From the NCBI GenBank assembly GCA_011389745.1, contig JAABTQ010000004.1, positions 83,007 to 147,006 of the forward strand: a stretch of 64,000 bases of DNA, given 5' to 3'. The stretch is from Desulfobacteraceae bacterium. Lineage in GTDB: Bacteria > Desulfobacterota > Desulfobacteria > Desulfobacterales > SKZT01. The notes below the pieces were generated by a model. That model ran no database searches. It worked only from the letters and a program-made list of their open reading frames with translations, and was not told the origin of the DNA. A program made the position numbers and the translations under genes. This document shows, piece after piece, positions 9,168 to 18,267 of this stretch (position 1 is its first letter; every line of letters begins with the position of its first letter).

Positions 9168-9204
9168 AAAAAAAGGGCCTTTTACTCAAAAAGCCCCTTT
9201 TTAT
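9168..9204 (-). terminator. Rho-independent terminator after the HEAT-repeat gene
   Basis: Minus strand reads AAAAAGGGGCUUUUUGAGUAAAAGGCCCUUUUUUU: a GC/AU stem followed by a U-run. Confidence 0.6.
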
Positions 9205-9225
9205 CTAAGTTAGCCGGTTAACTGT

Positions 9226-10104
9226 TTACAGTTGGCTCATTATTTTTTTCGCCGCCGCCTGAACATCCAAATCCGGGTCAGCATACATTGCAGCAATTTT
9301 TTTCTTAAAATCAATAATCCGGTTCTTATCAGCTTCTCCGATACATTCCAATGCAAGAAGCCTTATTCTTGAATCATCATCGTTGAGGCATTGGAGATAG
9401 GCATCCAGACATTCCTCCGGTTCTGTCAAAGCCTTTAACAACACGAGTGCATCATATCGAAGTTCGGCATTCGGATGAGAAAGGTAATCCAAATATACCT
9501 CAATGACCTCATCCTGCTTTGAGGTCAAATGCCACAGATTGAAAAGTATGCATCTTTTCTGATCCAAGGCTCCATATTTCAAACGATCATAAAGTATTAT
9601 GAAAATTCGGTCATCCCCGAGGTCTGTCAACGCATTTACAGCCGCTTGCATCACATCCATATCCGAATCATAAAGAAGTGCAATCAATGGTATTGCCGCT
9701 TGAAAATTACCATTCCATCCCAGAGCGCCGGCGGCATACAATCGTAATTCAGAGTCTTCATTTTCCAAATCCTGCAAAAGCCTGTCAATCAGTAGTTGAG
9801 AATCTTTAAGGGTCGGAAAAATTACCCTGAGTTGTACTGCGGCAATATATCTTATTTCTTCATTTTCTTTAGGATCTGAAAGCATTCGGTAAAGGGGCCA
9901 GGCAATTTCTTGTTTAGCGGAACTGCCCAATAAAAGAATAATCTTTTGCTTAAGAGTGTTGTCTGCATATTTTAAAGCATTCAACAGCAATGGAATTGCT
10001 GTTTCCCGATCCTCAAAAAATAGTTCTTTGGTTTCAAGAAGTTTATCTACCTTTTTGAGAACCCGCGTTATGGGATTAAATTGAATTATATTGGTTTGTG
10101 TCAT
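9226..10104 (-). CDS. HEAT-repeat (PBS-lyase-type) protein
   Basis: Repeated modules such as LLxxLxDxDxxVRxxAAxALG (for example ENEDSELRLYAAGALG, DSDMDVMQAAVNALTDLG, DDDSRIRLLALECIG). Confidence 0.7.
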   Translation of the reverse strand: MTQTNIIQFNPITRVLKKVDKLLETKELFFEDRETAIPLLLNALKYADNTLKQKIILLLGSSAKQEIAWPLYRMLSDPKENEEIRYIAAVQLRVIFPTLKDSQLLIDRLLQDLENEDSELRLYAAGALGWNGNFQAAIPLIALLYDSDMDVMQAAVNALTDLGDDRIFIILYDRLKYGALDQKRCILFNLWHLTSKQDEVIEVYLDYLSHPNAELRYDALVLLKALTEPEECLDAYLQCLNDDDSRIRLLALECIGEADKNRIIDFKKKIAAMYADPDLDVQAAAKKIMSQL

Positions 10105-10313
10105 AATTTTTGGTTCTTATTTTTTATTTGAATTTGATTTAGTATAAGCCCAAAAAACTTTTTTGTCCATTAGGGTCAAAATTTATAATTTTTTATACAA
10201 CAAAGTTATAAAGTATCGCAAGATTAAAAAAATTGGTTATAATCATTATTGCATAAGATACTCAGAATCAGGTATCCTGCCTTAAAACAAAAACTATTGA
10301 GGATTTATATTTT

Positions 10314-12452
10314 ATGCGGATACGCTGGAAATTTCTGATTGTCTTGTTGAGCATCTCATTAACGCCCATGGTATTGATGCGCTTAAACGGCCAGCAAGCC
10401 ATGCGGGAGTTGGGGAATGATCTGGCTGTCCAAACTAAAAATGCGTTGATCTTCGAAACAAAGATCGCCTTAAAACGCCTCGTGGAGGACCATGCCCGAG
10501 TATTAAAACGTGAGCGAGAGTTATTGGAAATGACGCTTTCATTGCTTTCTTCTGAAACTCCAAAAAGACTTTACAATTTTGACGATGATTATTCTCTTCT
10601 GAAAACGGAAACCCATTTTTTACCTCAGTCAGTGCCATTACACGAACATGAAGCAAAAGAGATGTATTGTCAATTAAAGCCCGGGGGTCAATGTACGCCT
10701 TTTTCTGTAAATTTTTCAAACCAGGGGTTTTATATGGACACCCAGCCTAGCCCTAAAAATGAAGTCATTGATACTGCGAATCGACTGGCTTCCATGTTAC
10801 CTTTATATATCAGGTTAAAAAACAAACATCCTGAGCTAATCCTTTGGCAGTATGTCATCCTGGAAAAGGGAGTACGTACAATTTATCCGGATCCAGGACA
10901 TTATTTCGGCCGGATGTTGAATCATAAAAATATTTGGCCTGATTGGTACCGTCTTACCAAAGAAAAAAATCAGATAACCTGGTCGCAACCCTCCCTGGAT
11001 CAAATCACAGGAAATATCGCATTTTTCGTATCAGCCCCCCTTCATGACAGAAGGGGAAAATTTATAGGGGTCACTGCCATAGCCGTTCCGCTGACTGTTT
11101 TTCTTCATGAGAATGAACATATCCGCATGTTATCAGATCATGTGACACCTCTTCTAATCAGGGCTGAAACCTCTTCCGAACGGCCAATAAGTATCATAGC
11201 ACAGGAATCCGCCCAGGTAAAAAGACATATGCACTGGTTTGCAGCAGATTCACCCAAAAGGTTGGAGTCACCTGATAAAAAGCAATTGATAGAAATGGCT
11301 GCAGACCTTAAAAATCACAGATCCGAAGTTCGTGAGATGTTATATGGCGGAAAATCGACCCTGATGGCCTATCAATCATTTGATGAGCATGGTACGGCCT
11401 TACTTTTGATTATTCCCAAGGAAGATATTTTAAACAAGGCTATTCTCATGGAAAAATATGTCCATAGCCGAATTGATGAACAGATTATTTTTACCGGAAT
11501 AATTTTGCTCTCTGTCATTATATTAATAATAGGTCTATCTCTTGTACTTTCCCGATCCTTTACCCTGAATATCTCCAGGTTGGCAGAGGCTGTCGGACGT
11601 GTCGCTTCGGGGGACTTTCAGGCACGAGTCCGATTGAACAGTCGGGATGAATTGGGTGAACTCGGTAAGACATTCAATAAAATGATTCCGGCTCTTGAAG
11701 AGCGAGTTTTTATGAAACAATCATTGAATTTTGCCACGGAAGTTCAACAAAGCCTGTTTCCTTCCAACGTTCCGTATATTGAAGGCGTGGATATTGCTGC
11801 AAAAAGCCTTTACTGCCAAGAGACAGGTGGTGACTTTTATGACTTTATGGATGTAAACCGGGAAAACAAAACAAATACCGCAATTGCAGTCGGCGATGTC
11901 ACCGGGCATGGGCTGTCTGCCGCATTATTGATGGCCACTTGCAGAGCATTTTTAAGATCACGGCTGACCCAACCCGGTACCATGGGACAAATAATGACCG
12001 ACATCAACGGACTTCTGGCCAGAGACACCTCTGAAACAAGCCAGTTTGTCACTTTATTCTACCTGGAGATTGATCATGAGGAGAGGATTTTCCACTGGAT
12101 CAGGGCAGGCCATGATCCGGCAATTCTATATGATCCCAAGACTGATATGTTTTCGAATTTCGATGGTCCAGGTCCAGCTCTTGGGATTGTCAGCGATTTT
12201 GAATTTCATGAAACACCAGGCATGATATATGGGACCGGCCAGATTCTTCTCATCGGAACCGATGGCATTTGGGAAACAAGAAATCCCGAGGGGCAAATGT
12301 TTAGTAAGCAAAGAGTCAAAGAGCTAATCAAAAAGCACAACGCCAATTCAGCAAAACAGATACTGGATGCTATCATCAGAACACTTTTGGACTTCAGAGA
12401 AAGCCAACGGCAGGAAGATGATGTTACATTGGTCGTCATCAAGATTGATTGA
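10314..12452 (+). CDS. Membrane sensor-HAMP-PP2C (SpoIIE/RsbU-type) serine phosphatase
   Basis: N-terminal TM, a periplasmic Cache-like region, a second TM, HAMP (RLAEAVGRVASGDFQARV...ELGELGKTFNKM), then PP2C/SpoIIE (GGDFYDF...VGDVTGHGLSAALLMA...GTDGIWE). Confidence 0.8.
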   Translation: MRIRWKFLIVLLSISLTPMVLMRLNGQQAMRELGNDLAVQTKNALIFETKIALKRLVEDHARVLKRERELLEMTLSLLSSETPKRLYNFDDDYSLLKTETHFLPQSVPLHEHEAKEMYCQLKPGGQCTPFSVNFSNQGFYMDTQPSPKNEVIDTANRLASMLPLYIRLKNKHPELILWQYVILEKGVRTIYPDPGHYFGRMLNHKNIWPDWYRLTKEKNQITWSQPSLDQITGNIAFFVSAPLHDRRGKFIGVTAIAVPLTVFLHENEHIRMLSDHVTPLLIRAETSSERPISIIAQESAQVKRHMHWFAADSPKRLESPDKKQLIEMAADLKNHRSEVREMLYGGKSTLMAYQSFDEHGTALLLIIPKEDILNKAILMEKYVHSRIDEQIIFTGIILLSVIILIIGLSLVLSRSFTLNISRLAEAVGRVASGDFQARVRLNSRDELGELGKTFNKMIPALEERVFMKQSLNFATEVQQSLFPSNVPYIEGVDIAAKSLYCQETGGDFYDFMDVNRENKTNTAIAVGDVTGHGLSAALLMATCRAFLRSRLTQPGTMGQIMTDINGLLARDTSETSQFVTLFYLEIDHEERIFHWIRAGHDPAILYDPKTDMFSNFDGPGPALGIVSDFEFHETPGMIYGTGQILLIGTDGIWETRNPEGQMFSKQRVKELIKKHNANSAKQILDAIIRTLLDFRESQRQEDDVTLVVIKID

Positions 12453-12746
12453 TGGATGCGATGGGACTGCGATGCACCAATAATCCGGCTGGTTTATTGA
12501 CAGCAATTAAAAATGGGTCCCGGTATAGTATATCCAGTTGTTGTGAGATTATCATTTGTCATTCTTCGTTATTTTCACGGATAATTTTCCATGGCACAAC
12601 TTCGTCTTGCTCCACGGAATACAACTCTTTGCAATCTGAAACAACCTTATTAATCGCTTCGCCCTTTGTGCGCAATATTTAAGTATAGAAAGAGATCCAC
12701 AACTGTGATAATGATAATCAAATTTCAAATCCATGGAGGAGGCGAC

Positions 12747-13160
12747 ATGTCTAAAGAACCTAAAAGCAGTCAGGCTGACTCCGAAGAAACTTTTTCTTTA
12801 CTCAAACAGATTTTTGAAGAACTTATGCCTTTTGACAGATTGTTGGGGGTTAAGGTCGAAAATTTCACGGGAATTAACTGGGTTTCCGAAATTATCGACC
12901 ATGGGTTTATCCACTCCATCTATTCTTTTGACCCGAATAATATACCCATCGAGTTCAGTGCACCGGTTGAAAAACTTGATATCAGACGCTCTCCGCGAAT
13001 GGCCGACAAAAGCCCTTGTCAAAACGCCCTAAAGGGTTCTGAACCTCAGCCTGGACTTTGGCCTCCAATTTTGTATCCCACACCAAAAGAGCAACGGACC
13101 ATTTATCCTGGTGAGGGTACTATTCTGAATAAATCCGATTTTAAAATTAAATCTGAATGA
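12747..13160 (+). CDS. Hypothetical protein with a VOC/glyoxalase-like fragment
   Basis: ATG at 12747 is preceded by GGAGGAGG. The DHGFIHSIYSFDPNNIPIEFS block resembles the last strands of a VOC module; the remainder is unrecognisable. Confidence 0.35.
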   Translation: MSKEPKSSQADSEETFSLLKQIFEELMPFDRLLGVKVENFTGINWVSEIIDHGFIHSIYSFDPNNIPIEFSAPVEKLDIRRSPRMADKSPCQNALKGSEPQPGLWPPILYPTPKEQRTIYPGEGTILNKSDFKIKSE

Positions 13161-13209
13161 CTCTTGCAATCGGGAGAAATAAATCTTATGATTAAAGCAT
13201 TTATATATG

Positions 13210-13270
13210 AAGCCTCTTTTCTAACGAGCTTATAACAAAGCTTAAATAAAAGAGGCTTTGCTGTTTTTTG
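13210..13270 (+). terminator. Rho-independent terminator (11-bp stem, nested hairpin, T-run)
   Basis: AAGCCTCTTTT (13210-13220) pairs with AAAAGAGGCTT (13248-13258), followed by TGCTGTTTTTT. Confidence 0.6.
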
Positions 13271-13384
13271 AAAAAAGCATGAAAAGCGAGTTACAGTTAT
13301 TTTATGACTGCAAGCTAAAAATGTCGTTGGCTTTAAGGAAATCGTTGTTTTAATATAAAATCAAACAAGATTAAGGAGTTTTCA

Positions 13385-14392
13385 ATGTGGTCAAATTTTA
13401 AAAGGAATTTAGGATTTTTTGCATTTTTAATGTGTTGCTGTTTTCTGGTTACTTCATCCTTTGCAGGTGACAAATCCGAACCTGGCGGCGATAAAATTGC
13501 AGCCTCGGTAAATGGAAAAGTGATTACACAGACCGAATTTGAGCGTGAAATTCTCAACCTAAGCAATAGGCATTCCATCCAATCGCAAGATTCAACCATT
13601 CCCGATGATATCGAAAGTAAAGCTTTGGATAGTTTAATCACCAGACAATTGCTTTACGAAGCAAGCCAGAAAGCTCAAATCAAAGTCGACGATGCAGAAG
13701 TGGAGGAAAACCTGCAGCAGGCAATTTCAAAGTTTCCCAACAAAGAAGCCTTTGAATCCGTCTTAAAGCGTGAAAATATCACTGAAGATGAACTGAAATC
13801 CGAAATCCGATATGGACTTGCCATCCAGAAATATGTAGAAGATATGTATATTTCCAAAACCAGTGTTTCGGATGAAGAATTAAAGAGCTATTATGACTCC
13901 AACCCCGCTCTTTTCAAACATCCCGAAATGGTTAAAGCAAGCCATATCCTGATCAGGGTCGATGAGCAGGCGGATGAAGCACAAAAAAACGAGGCACGGA
14001 AAAAAATTGATGATATAGCAAAACAATTGAAGGAGGGAAAGGATTTTGCCGAGCTTGCCAAATCCCATTCCGAATGTCCCAGCAGCAGCAATGGAGGAGA
14101 TCTTGGCTCTTTCAGAAAAGGCCAGATGGTCAAATCCTTTGAAGATGTTGCTTTTTCATTGAATCCCGGCGAAATTAGCCCCGTGGTTGAAACAAATTTC
14201 GGCTATCATATTATCAAAGTCTCGGAAAAACAACCGGAAGGGACTTTTCCTTTGGATCAGGTAGAACCTCAAATTGAGCAAGTTCTTACCAGAGAAAAGG
14301 TACAACAGCTTATGGAAAAGGACATTGAAACTCTCAAATCAAATGCGGATATTAAAACTTTCATAAATACGGATGAAAAACCCAAAAGCTAA
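13385..14392 (+). CDS. Exported parvulin-type peptidyl-prolyl isomerase (SurA/PrsA-like)
   Basis: Signal peptide, then a PpiC domain: KASHILIRVDE...GGDLGSFRKGQMVKSFEDVAFSL..GEISPVVETNFGYHIIKV. Confidence 0.8.
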   Translation: MWSNFKRNLGFFAFLMCCCFLVTSSFAGDKSEPGGDKIAASVNGKVITQTEFEREILNLSNRHSIQSQDSTIPDDIESKALDSLITRQLLYEASQKAQIKVDDAEVEENLQQAISKFPNKEAFESVLKRENITEDELKSEIRYGLAIQKYVEDMYISKTSVSDEELKSYYDSNPALFKHPEMVKASHILIRVDEQADEAQKNEARKKIDDIAKQLKEGKDFAELAKSHSECPSSSNGGDLGSFRKGQMVKSFEDVAFSLNPGEISPVVETNFGYHIIKVSEKQPEGTFPLDQVEPQIEQVLTREKVQQLMEKDIETLKSNADIKTFINTDEKPKS

Positions 14393-14413
14393 ATAAATAA
14401 TTATTTCGATTCC

Positions 14414-14455
14414 AAAAATGCGGCGGAGCGCATTACATCACCCCGCCGCATTTAG
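14414..14455. terminator. Bidirectional terminator between convergent genes
   Basis: Perfect 11-bp inverted repeat: AAATGCGGCGG (14416-14426) and CCGCCGCATTT (14443-14453), flanked by A/T runs. Confidence 0.7.
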
Positions 14456-14512
14456 TTTTAATCATTTTATCTGATTTCCTTTCTTCATCTAATACAGTCG
14501 AATTTATTCAGA

Positions 14513-15607
14513 TTAACATTCCCATGAAATTAATACCTTCGTACCTTTTTCGACAAAAGATTCTATGGAGAAGAAACCTCCCGAGAGTTCGGTACGTTCT
14601 TTCATACCGATGATTCCCCAACCTTTTTCAGGTTGTCTTGGAGAAAGTGAATTTTTGATTTCAAAGCCGGAACCGTTGTCTTCAACCATAAAAATCAAGG
14701 TGTTTCTATCCTTTTTGATCAGCAGTTTTACCTTATCGGCACCACTGTGCTTAGCAACATTATTCAAAGACTCCTGCAATATTCGATAGATGATAAGCTT
14801 CAAGGGATCTGGTACATCATTTTCGTCTATTTCAAATTCCTGAACAATTGAAATTTCCGGGTACTTTTTTTTAAACTGACGGCAATGCCAATTGATGGTA
14901 GCTAAAATTCCCAAATCATCAATACATGGGGGCCTTAAATCGGTGATAATTCTTCTGACCTCCCAAATGCTTCGGTCAGCCATTTCAATAGCCGGTTGAA
15001 GGGCCTTTAGAGATATATACTGCTCATTTCCAACAGTCTCTATTTTATGGCTCAAGTAAATTTTAATTCCAGCCAGATTCTGAGCAATGGTATCATGAAG
15101 TTCCCTGGCAATCCTTTTTCGTTCATTTTCATGAGCTTGTAATAATTGGGCCGAAAGAAACCGGAGAATTTTCTCCGATTTTTTGAGCCTGGATTCCACA
15201 TTTTTTCGTTCGGAAATTTCTACGGAATTTCCAAGTATAGCCGGCTTTCCATTATAACTAATAAGTGTATTCCTGCGTATAGTCCATATGATTTGTCCGT
15301 CTTTTCTTATTCCCCGGATCTCATACTCTGATGACAGAATTGTTCCCTTCAACCACTTTTCTCTTAAGGTTTCAATAATTATCCTGTCCTGGGATGGAAC
15401 CAGATCGAGGGAATCTTTGCCGATCAACTCCTCGCGGTCGTAGCCATACATGTCAGCAAAGCGCTGATTGCAAAAAACAATCCTGCCCTCCTGAACAATA
15501 AAAATACCTGTTAAGGAATTTTCCACAATAATGCTATAAAGCCATTGCCGATCTTCATTTGTCTCTAATGTTTTAATCCTGTCCTCGAACTCTTCAATTT
15601 TACCCAT
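14513..15607 (-). CDS. PAS-domain sensor histidine kinase (HisKA_3/NarL-partner type)
   Basis: A PAS region is followed by RIARELHDTIAQNLAGIKI (H-box) and a HATPase_c domain (NNVAKHSGA...VEDNGSGF...GWGIIGMKER). No response regulator is adjacent. Confidence 0.8.
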   Translation of the reverse strand: MGKIEEFEDRIKTLETNEDRQWLYSIIVENSLTGIFIVQEGRIVFCNQRFADMYGYDREELIGKDSLDLVPSQDRIIIETLREKWLKGTILSSEYEIRGIRKDGQIIWTIRRNTLISYNGKPAILGNSVEISERKNVESRLKKSEKILRFLSAQLLQAHENERKRIARELHDTIAQNLAGIKIYLSHKIETVGNEQYISLKALQPAIEMADRSIWEVRRIITDLRPPCIDDLGILATINWHCRQFKKKYPEISIVQEFEIDENDVPDPLKLIIYRILQESLNNVAKHSGADKVKLLIKKDRNTLIFMVEDNGSGFEIKNSLSPRQPEKGWGIIGMKERTELSGGFFSIESFVEKGTKVLISWEC

Positions 15608-16011
15608 AGTCGGCGACTTTCCTCTGACAGCCTATCCAATTCAATGTTGCTCTCCATATTGAGTTCCTGCACAATGAGTTTTGCAACCTATTCAGTTTTT
15701 ATTGGATCTATTATTGCCCTCCAATGCATGGATTGCCCTATAAAAAATGTTTTGATTTTAAAATAGCATCGGCTCCAAAAAGCACAGCAATTAATTTATC
15801 ACAAAAGCCTGGAAATACACAATATATATTATAAGGGTAGTACTTGTTGTTAATTCAAATTCCGGTTAAAAACTCTCTTGACAGCATAATATTATGATTT
15901 ATTTTTCCCTCTAAAAGAGGGTTAACTTTCTGATATAATACAACTTAGATTAATGTATATAGATATGTGCAAATCCATTTTGAAAAAAAATTTTTGTATA
16001 TAAATTCCATT

Positions 16012-16040
16012 CTTTTTTTTATCAAGGAGGTGAAATCATG
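16012..16040 (+). promoter_or_regulatory. Candidate fourU-type RNA thermometer masking the Shine-Dalgarno of the first hsp20 gene
   Basis: CUUUUUU (16012-16018) can pair with AAGGAGG (16024-16030) across the loop UUAUC. That gives 7 bp: 1 G-C, 3 A-U and 3 G-U. The ATG is at 16038. Confidence 0.3.
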
Positions 16041-16514
16041 GCAATCATCAGACTAAAACAACCGGCATATCCGGGTGCCGGATTTGTTGGAGGGCATTTC
16101 GGAAAAAATGTCAATATATTTGAAAATGAAATGAATCGTCTTTTTCAAAAATTTTTTGGAAATGATTCGACGACTGCACATTCCAATGTTTTTCCGCCGG
16201 TAAATATTTATCAGGATGAGACCAACATCTATCTCACTGCGGAACTTCCGGGTATGGAAACCTCTGAGGTTACTATTGACATTGAACAAGACAGTATTCA
16301 GATCCAGGGAGAGCGGAACATCGAAAATGAAGGTGAAAACTTATGTTACCACAGGCGCGAAAGGGAAGGCGGTACCTTTTCCCGGAAACTCACCTTTAAG
16401 AACAAAATCGATTCAAATAATGTTTCTGCGGGACTCAAAGATGGTATCCTGAAAGTAACAATGCCAAAAGCCAGGGAAACTCAACCTAAAAAAATTATTG
16501 TTAAACCGGAATAA
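16038..16514 (+). CDS. Hsp20/alpha-crystallin small heat-shock protein (type A, copy 1)
   Basis: Alpha-crystallin domain: PPVNIYQDETNIYLTAELPGM...YHRREREGGTFSRKLTF...DGILKVTMPK. Confidence 0.9.
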   Translation: MAIIRLKQPAYPGAGFVGGHFGKNVNIFENEMNRLFQKFFGNDSTTAHSNVFPPVNIYQDETNIYLTAELPGMETSEVTIDIEQDSIQIQGERNIENEGENLCYHRREREGGTFSRKLTFKNKIDSNNVSAGLKDGILKVTMPKARETQPKKIIVKPE

Positions 16515-16565
16515 CTTCTGGGAAGGCCGGTGTATGTGGCCTGATTACGAATCAAGGAGGACACA

Positions 16566-16961
16566 ATGGAAGGTAAAGACATTCAGGTACAGGAAAAAAA
16601 AGAGGTTGACACTCAAGGAGAACTAACCCAGGAGGGCCCATTTTTCGTACCAAACATTGATATCTTCGAAGATGATAATAACATCGCTTTAATTGCGGAT
16701 ATGCCCGGAGTCAGCAAAGATAACATCGATATTCGCTTAGAAGATGGCCGGTTGCGCATACAGGGAAAAGTATCCAAAGAGGCACCCGGCAAGTATGTCC
16801 TTTCAGAATACTCCATTGGAGATTATTTTAGCAACTTTGCCCTATCCACTGCCATTGACCAGTCGGGCATTCAGGCATCAATGAAAAATGGCGTGCTCAG
16901 GGTTATTTTGCCTAAATCGGATAAATCAAAACCCAAAAAAATCACCATAACGTCAAACTAG
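16566..16961 (+). CDS. Hsp20/alpha-crystallin small heat-shock protein (type B, copy 1)
   Basis: VPNIDIFEDDNNIALIADMPGV...RLRIQGK...KNGVLRVILPK. Confidence 0.9.
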   Translation: MEGKDIQVQEKKEVDTQGELTQEGPFFVPNIDIFEDDNNIALIADMPGVSKDNIDIRLEDGRLRIQGKVSKEAPGKYVLSEYSIGDYFSNFALSTAIDQSGIQASMKNGVLRVILPKSDKSKPKKITITSN

Positions 16962-16991
16962 GAAAAATGTGAGAAAAGGGAGGGATTAAAA

Positions 16992-17450
16992 ATGTTTCCG
17001 AAAAGATTCATTGATTTTCCAGACTGGAATGTGGGTAATCCTTTTTTAGATTTTGAACGTATGCGACGTGACATGAACAGGCTTGCTGAAGGGTTCGGAA
17101 GCGGATTGCCTTCTTTTTCTACCGCGGGAGTTTTCCCTCTTACCAACGTGACTGAGGATAATAATAACTACTATGTGAGAGCGGAACTTCCGGGTATGAA
17201 TACCAGGGATATTGAAATTTCGGCAACTGATAGCAGCTTATCCATTTCAGGTCAAAGGATTATAGCCGAAGAGAAGGATCATGTCCGATACCATCGTCGG
17301 GAAAGAGAAGCTGGAAATTTCAGCAGAATGATAAGCCTTCCCGGTTCCGTAGACACGGATAAGGTAGAAGCAAGCTTTATGGATGGTATTCTAAAAATTG
17401 TACTTCCGAAATCCGAAGCTATGAAACCAAAACGAATTGAAGTCAAATAA
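16992..17450 (+). CDS. Hsp20/alpha-crystallin small heat-shock protein (type A, copy 2)
   Basis: PLTNVTEDNNNYYVRAELPGM...YHRREREAGNFSRMISL...DGILKIVLPK; paralogous to 16038..16514. Confidence 0.9.
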   Translation: MFPKRFIDFPDWNVGNPFLDFERMRRDMNRLAEGFGSGLPSFSTAGVFPLTNVTEDNNNYYVRAELPGMNTRDIEISATDSSLSISGQRIIAEEKDHVRYHRREREAGNFSRMISLPGSVDTDKVEASFMDGILKIVLPKSEAMKPKRIEVK

Positions 17451-17487
17451 GGAAAAATCATTTATGCCCAGAGGGGAGGGATTACCA

Positions 17488-17895
17488 ATGACCGATATAA
17501 ATAGTAAGGAGATTCAGGCAAGAGAAAAAAAGGATGTGTCTACCCCTGAACAGACAAAACCCGGACTTCTTTTTACACCAGCTGTGGATATTTTCGAAAA
17601 TGATCAGGGATTGACTGTTGTGGCTGACCTTCCGGGTGTCAAACCTCAAAATCTCGGAATCGACTTGCGAAAAGATACCCTCAGTATCATCGGTGATGTC
17701 GAATCACCTGAAAGCCCGGGTGAAACAGACCATATCAGGGAATTTAGAACCGGACGGTTCTTTAGGCAATTTACATTGTCGGAAGTTGTTGACCAAAACA
17801 AAATAGAGGCATCGTTAAAAAATGGGGTTTTACGATTGAGACTTCACAAGGTAGAAAAAGCCGTGCCTCGAAAAATAGCGGTCCAAGCAGGATAG
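17488..17895 (+). CDS. Hsp20/alpha-crystallin small heat-shock protein (type B, copy 2)
   Basis: Track ORF 17437..17895. ATG at 17488 follows GGGGAGGG. TPAVDIFENDQGLTVVADLPGV...KNGVLRLRLHK; paralogous to 16566..16961. Confidence 0.85.
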   Translation: MTDINSKEIQAREKKDVSTPEQTKPGLLFTPAVDIFENDQGLTVVADLPGVKPQNLGIDLRKDTLSIIGDVESPESPGETDHIREFRTGRFFRQFTLSEVVDQNKIEASLKNGVLRLRLHKVEKAVPRKIAVQAG

Positions 17896-17949
17896 TATCA
17901 TATATAGGTGTAGCGACTTCGACAGATCATGTTGGAGTGGTTGGTATTG

Positions 17950-17990
17950 AAAGGCCGATCGGGTATAATATTCCGAAGCGGCCTTTTACC
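17950..17990 (+). terminator. Terminator hairpin after the hsp20 array
   Basis: AAAGGCCG (17950-17957) pairs with CGGCCTTT (17979-17986), followed by a short T-run. Confidence 0.5.
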
Positions 17991-18267
17991 TTTATTGAGC
18001 AATAGAAAATTTGGCTTTCAGGTCGATAGATAAAATACGGGCTCAGTGAAGATGGCACTGAAAAAATATTACATCATACTACCCTCCAGATTAAAGCACG
18101 GTGACAAAATTAAAACCACCATTGGCTCGGTCCGAATAAATTTATTTGCATCTTTTGATTCAGGTATATATTATTTAAACGGTACCTGAACGAGAGTTCT
18201 TTAGCCTTTATTCCGGCTTAGCTTTACAGCAACATCAAACTCACCATAACAGAAAGGAAAGAAAAGT

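Noticed and set aside
12592-12610. TGGCAC...TTGC sigma54-like sequence
   Set aside because: The GG and GC elements are 4 nt too far apart for the -24/-12 consensus (TGGCAC-N5-TTGC). A second TGGCAC at 18053-18058 has no TTGC partner at all.
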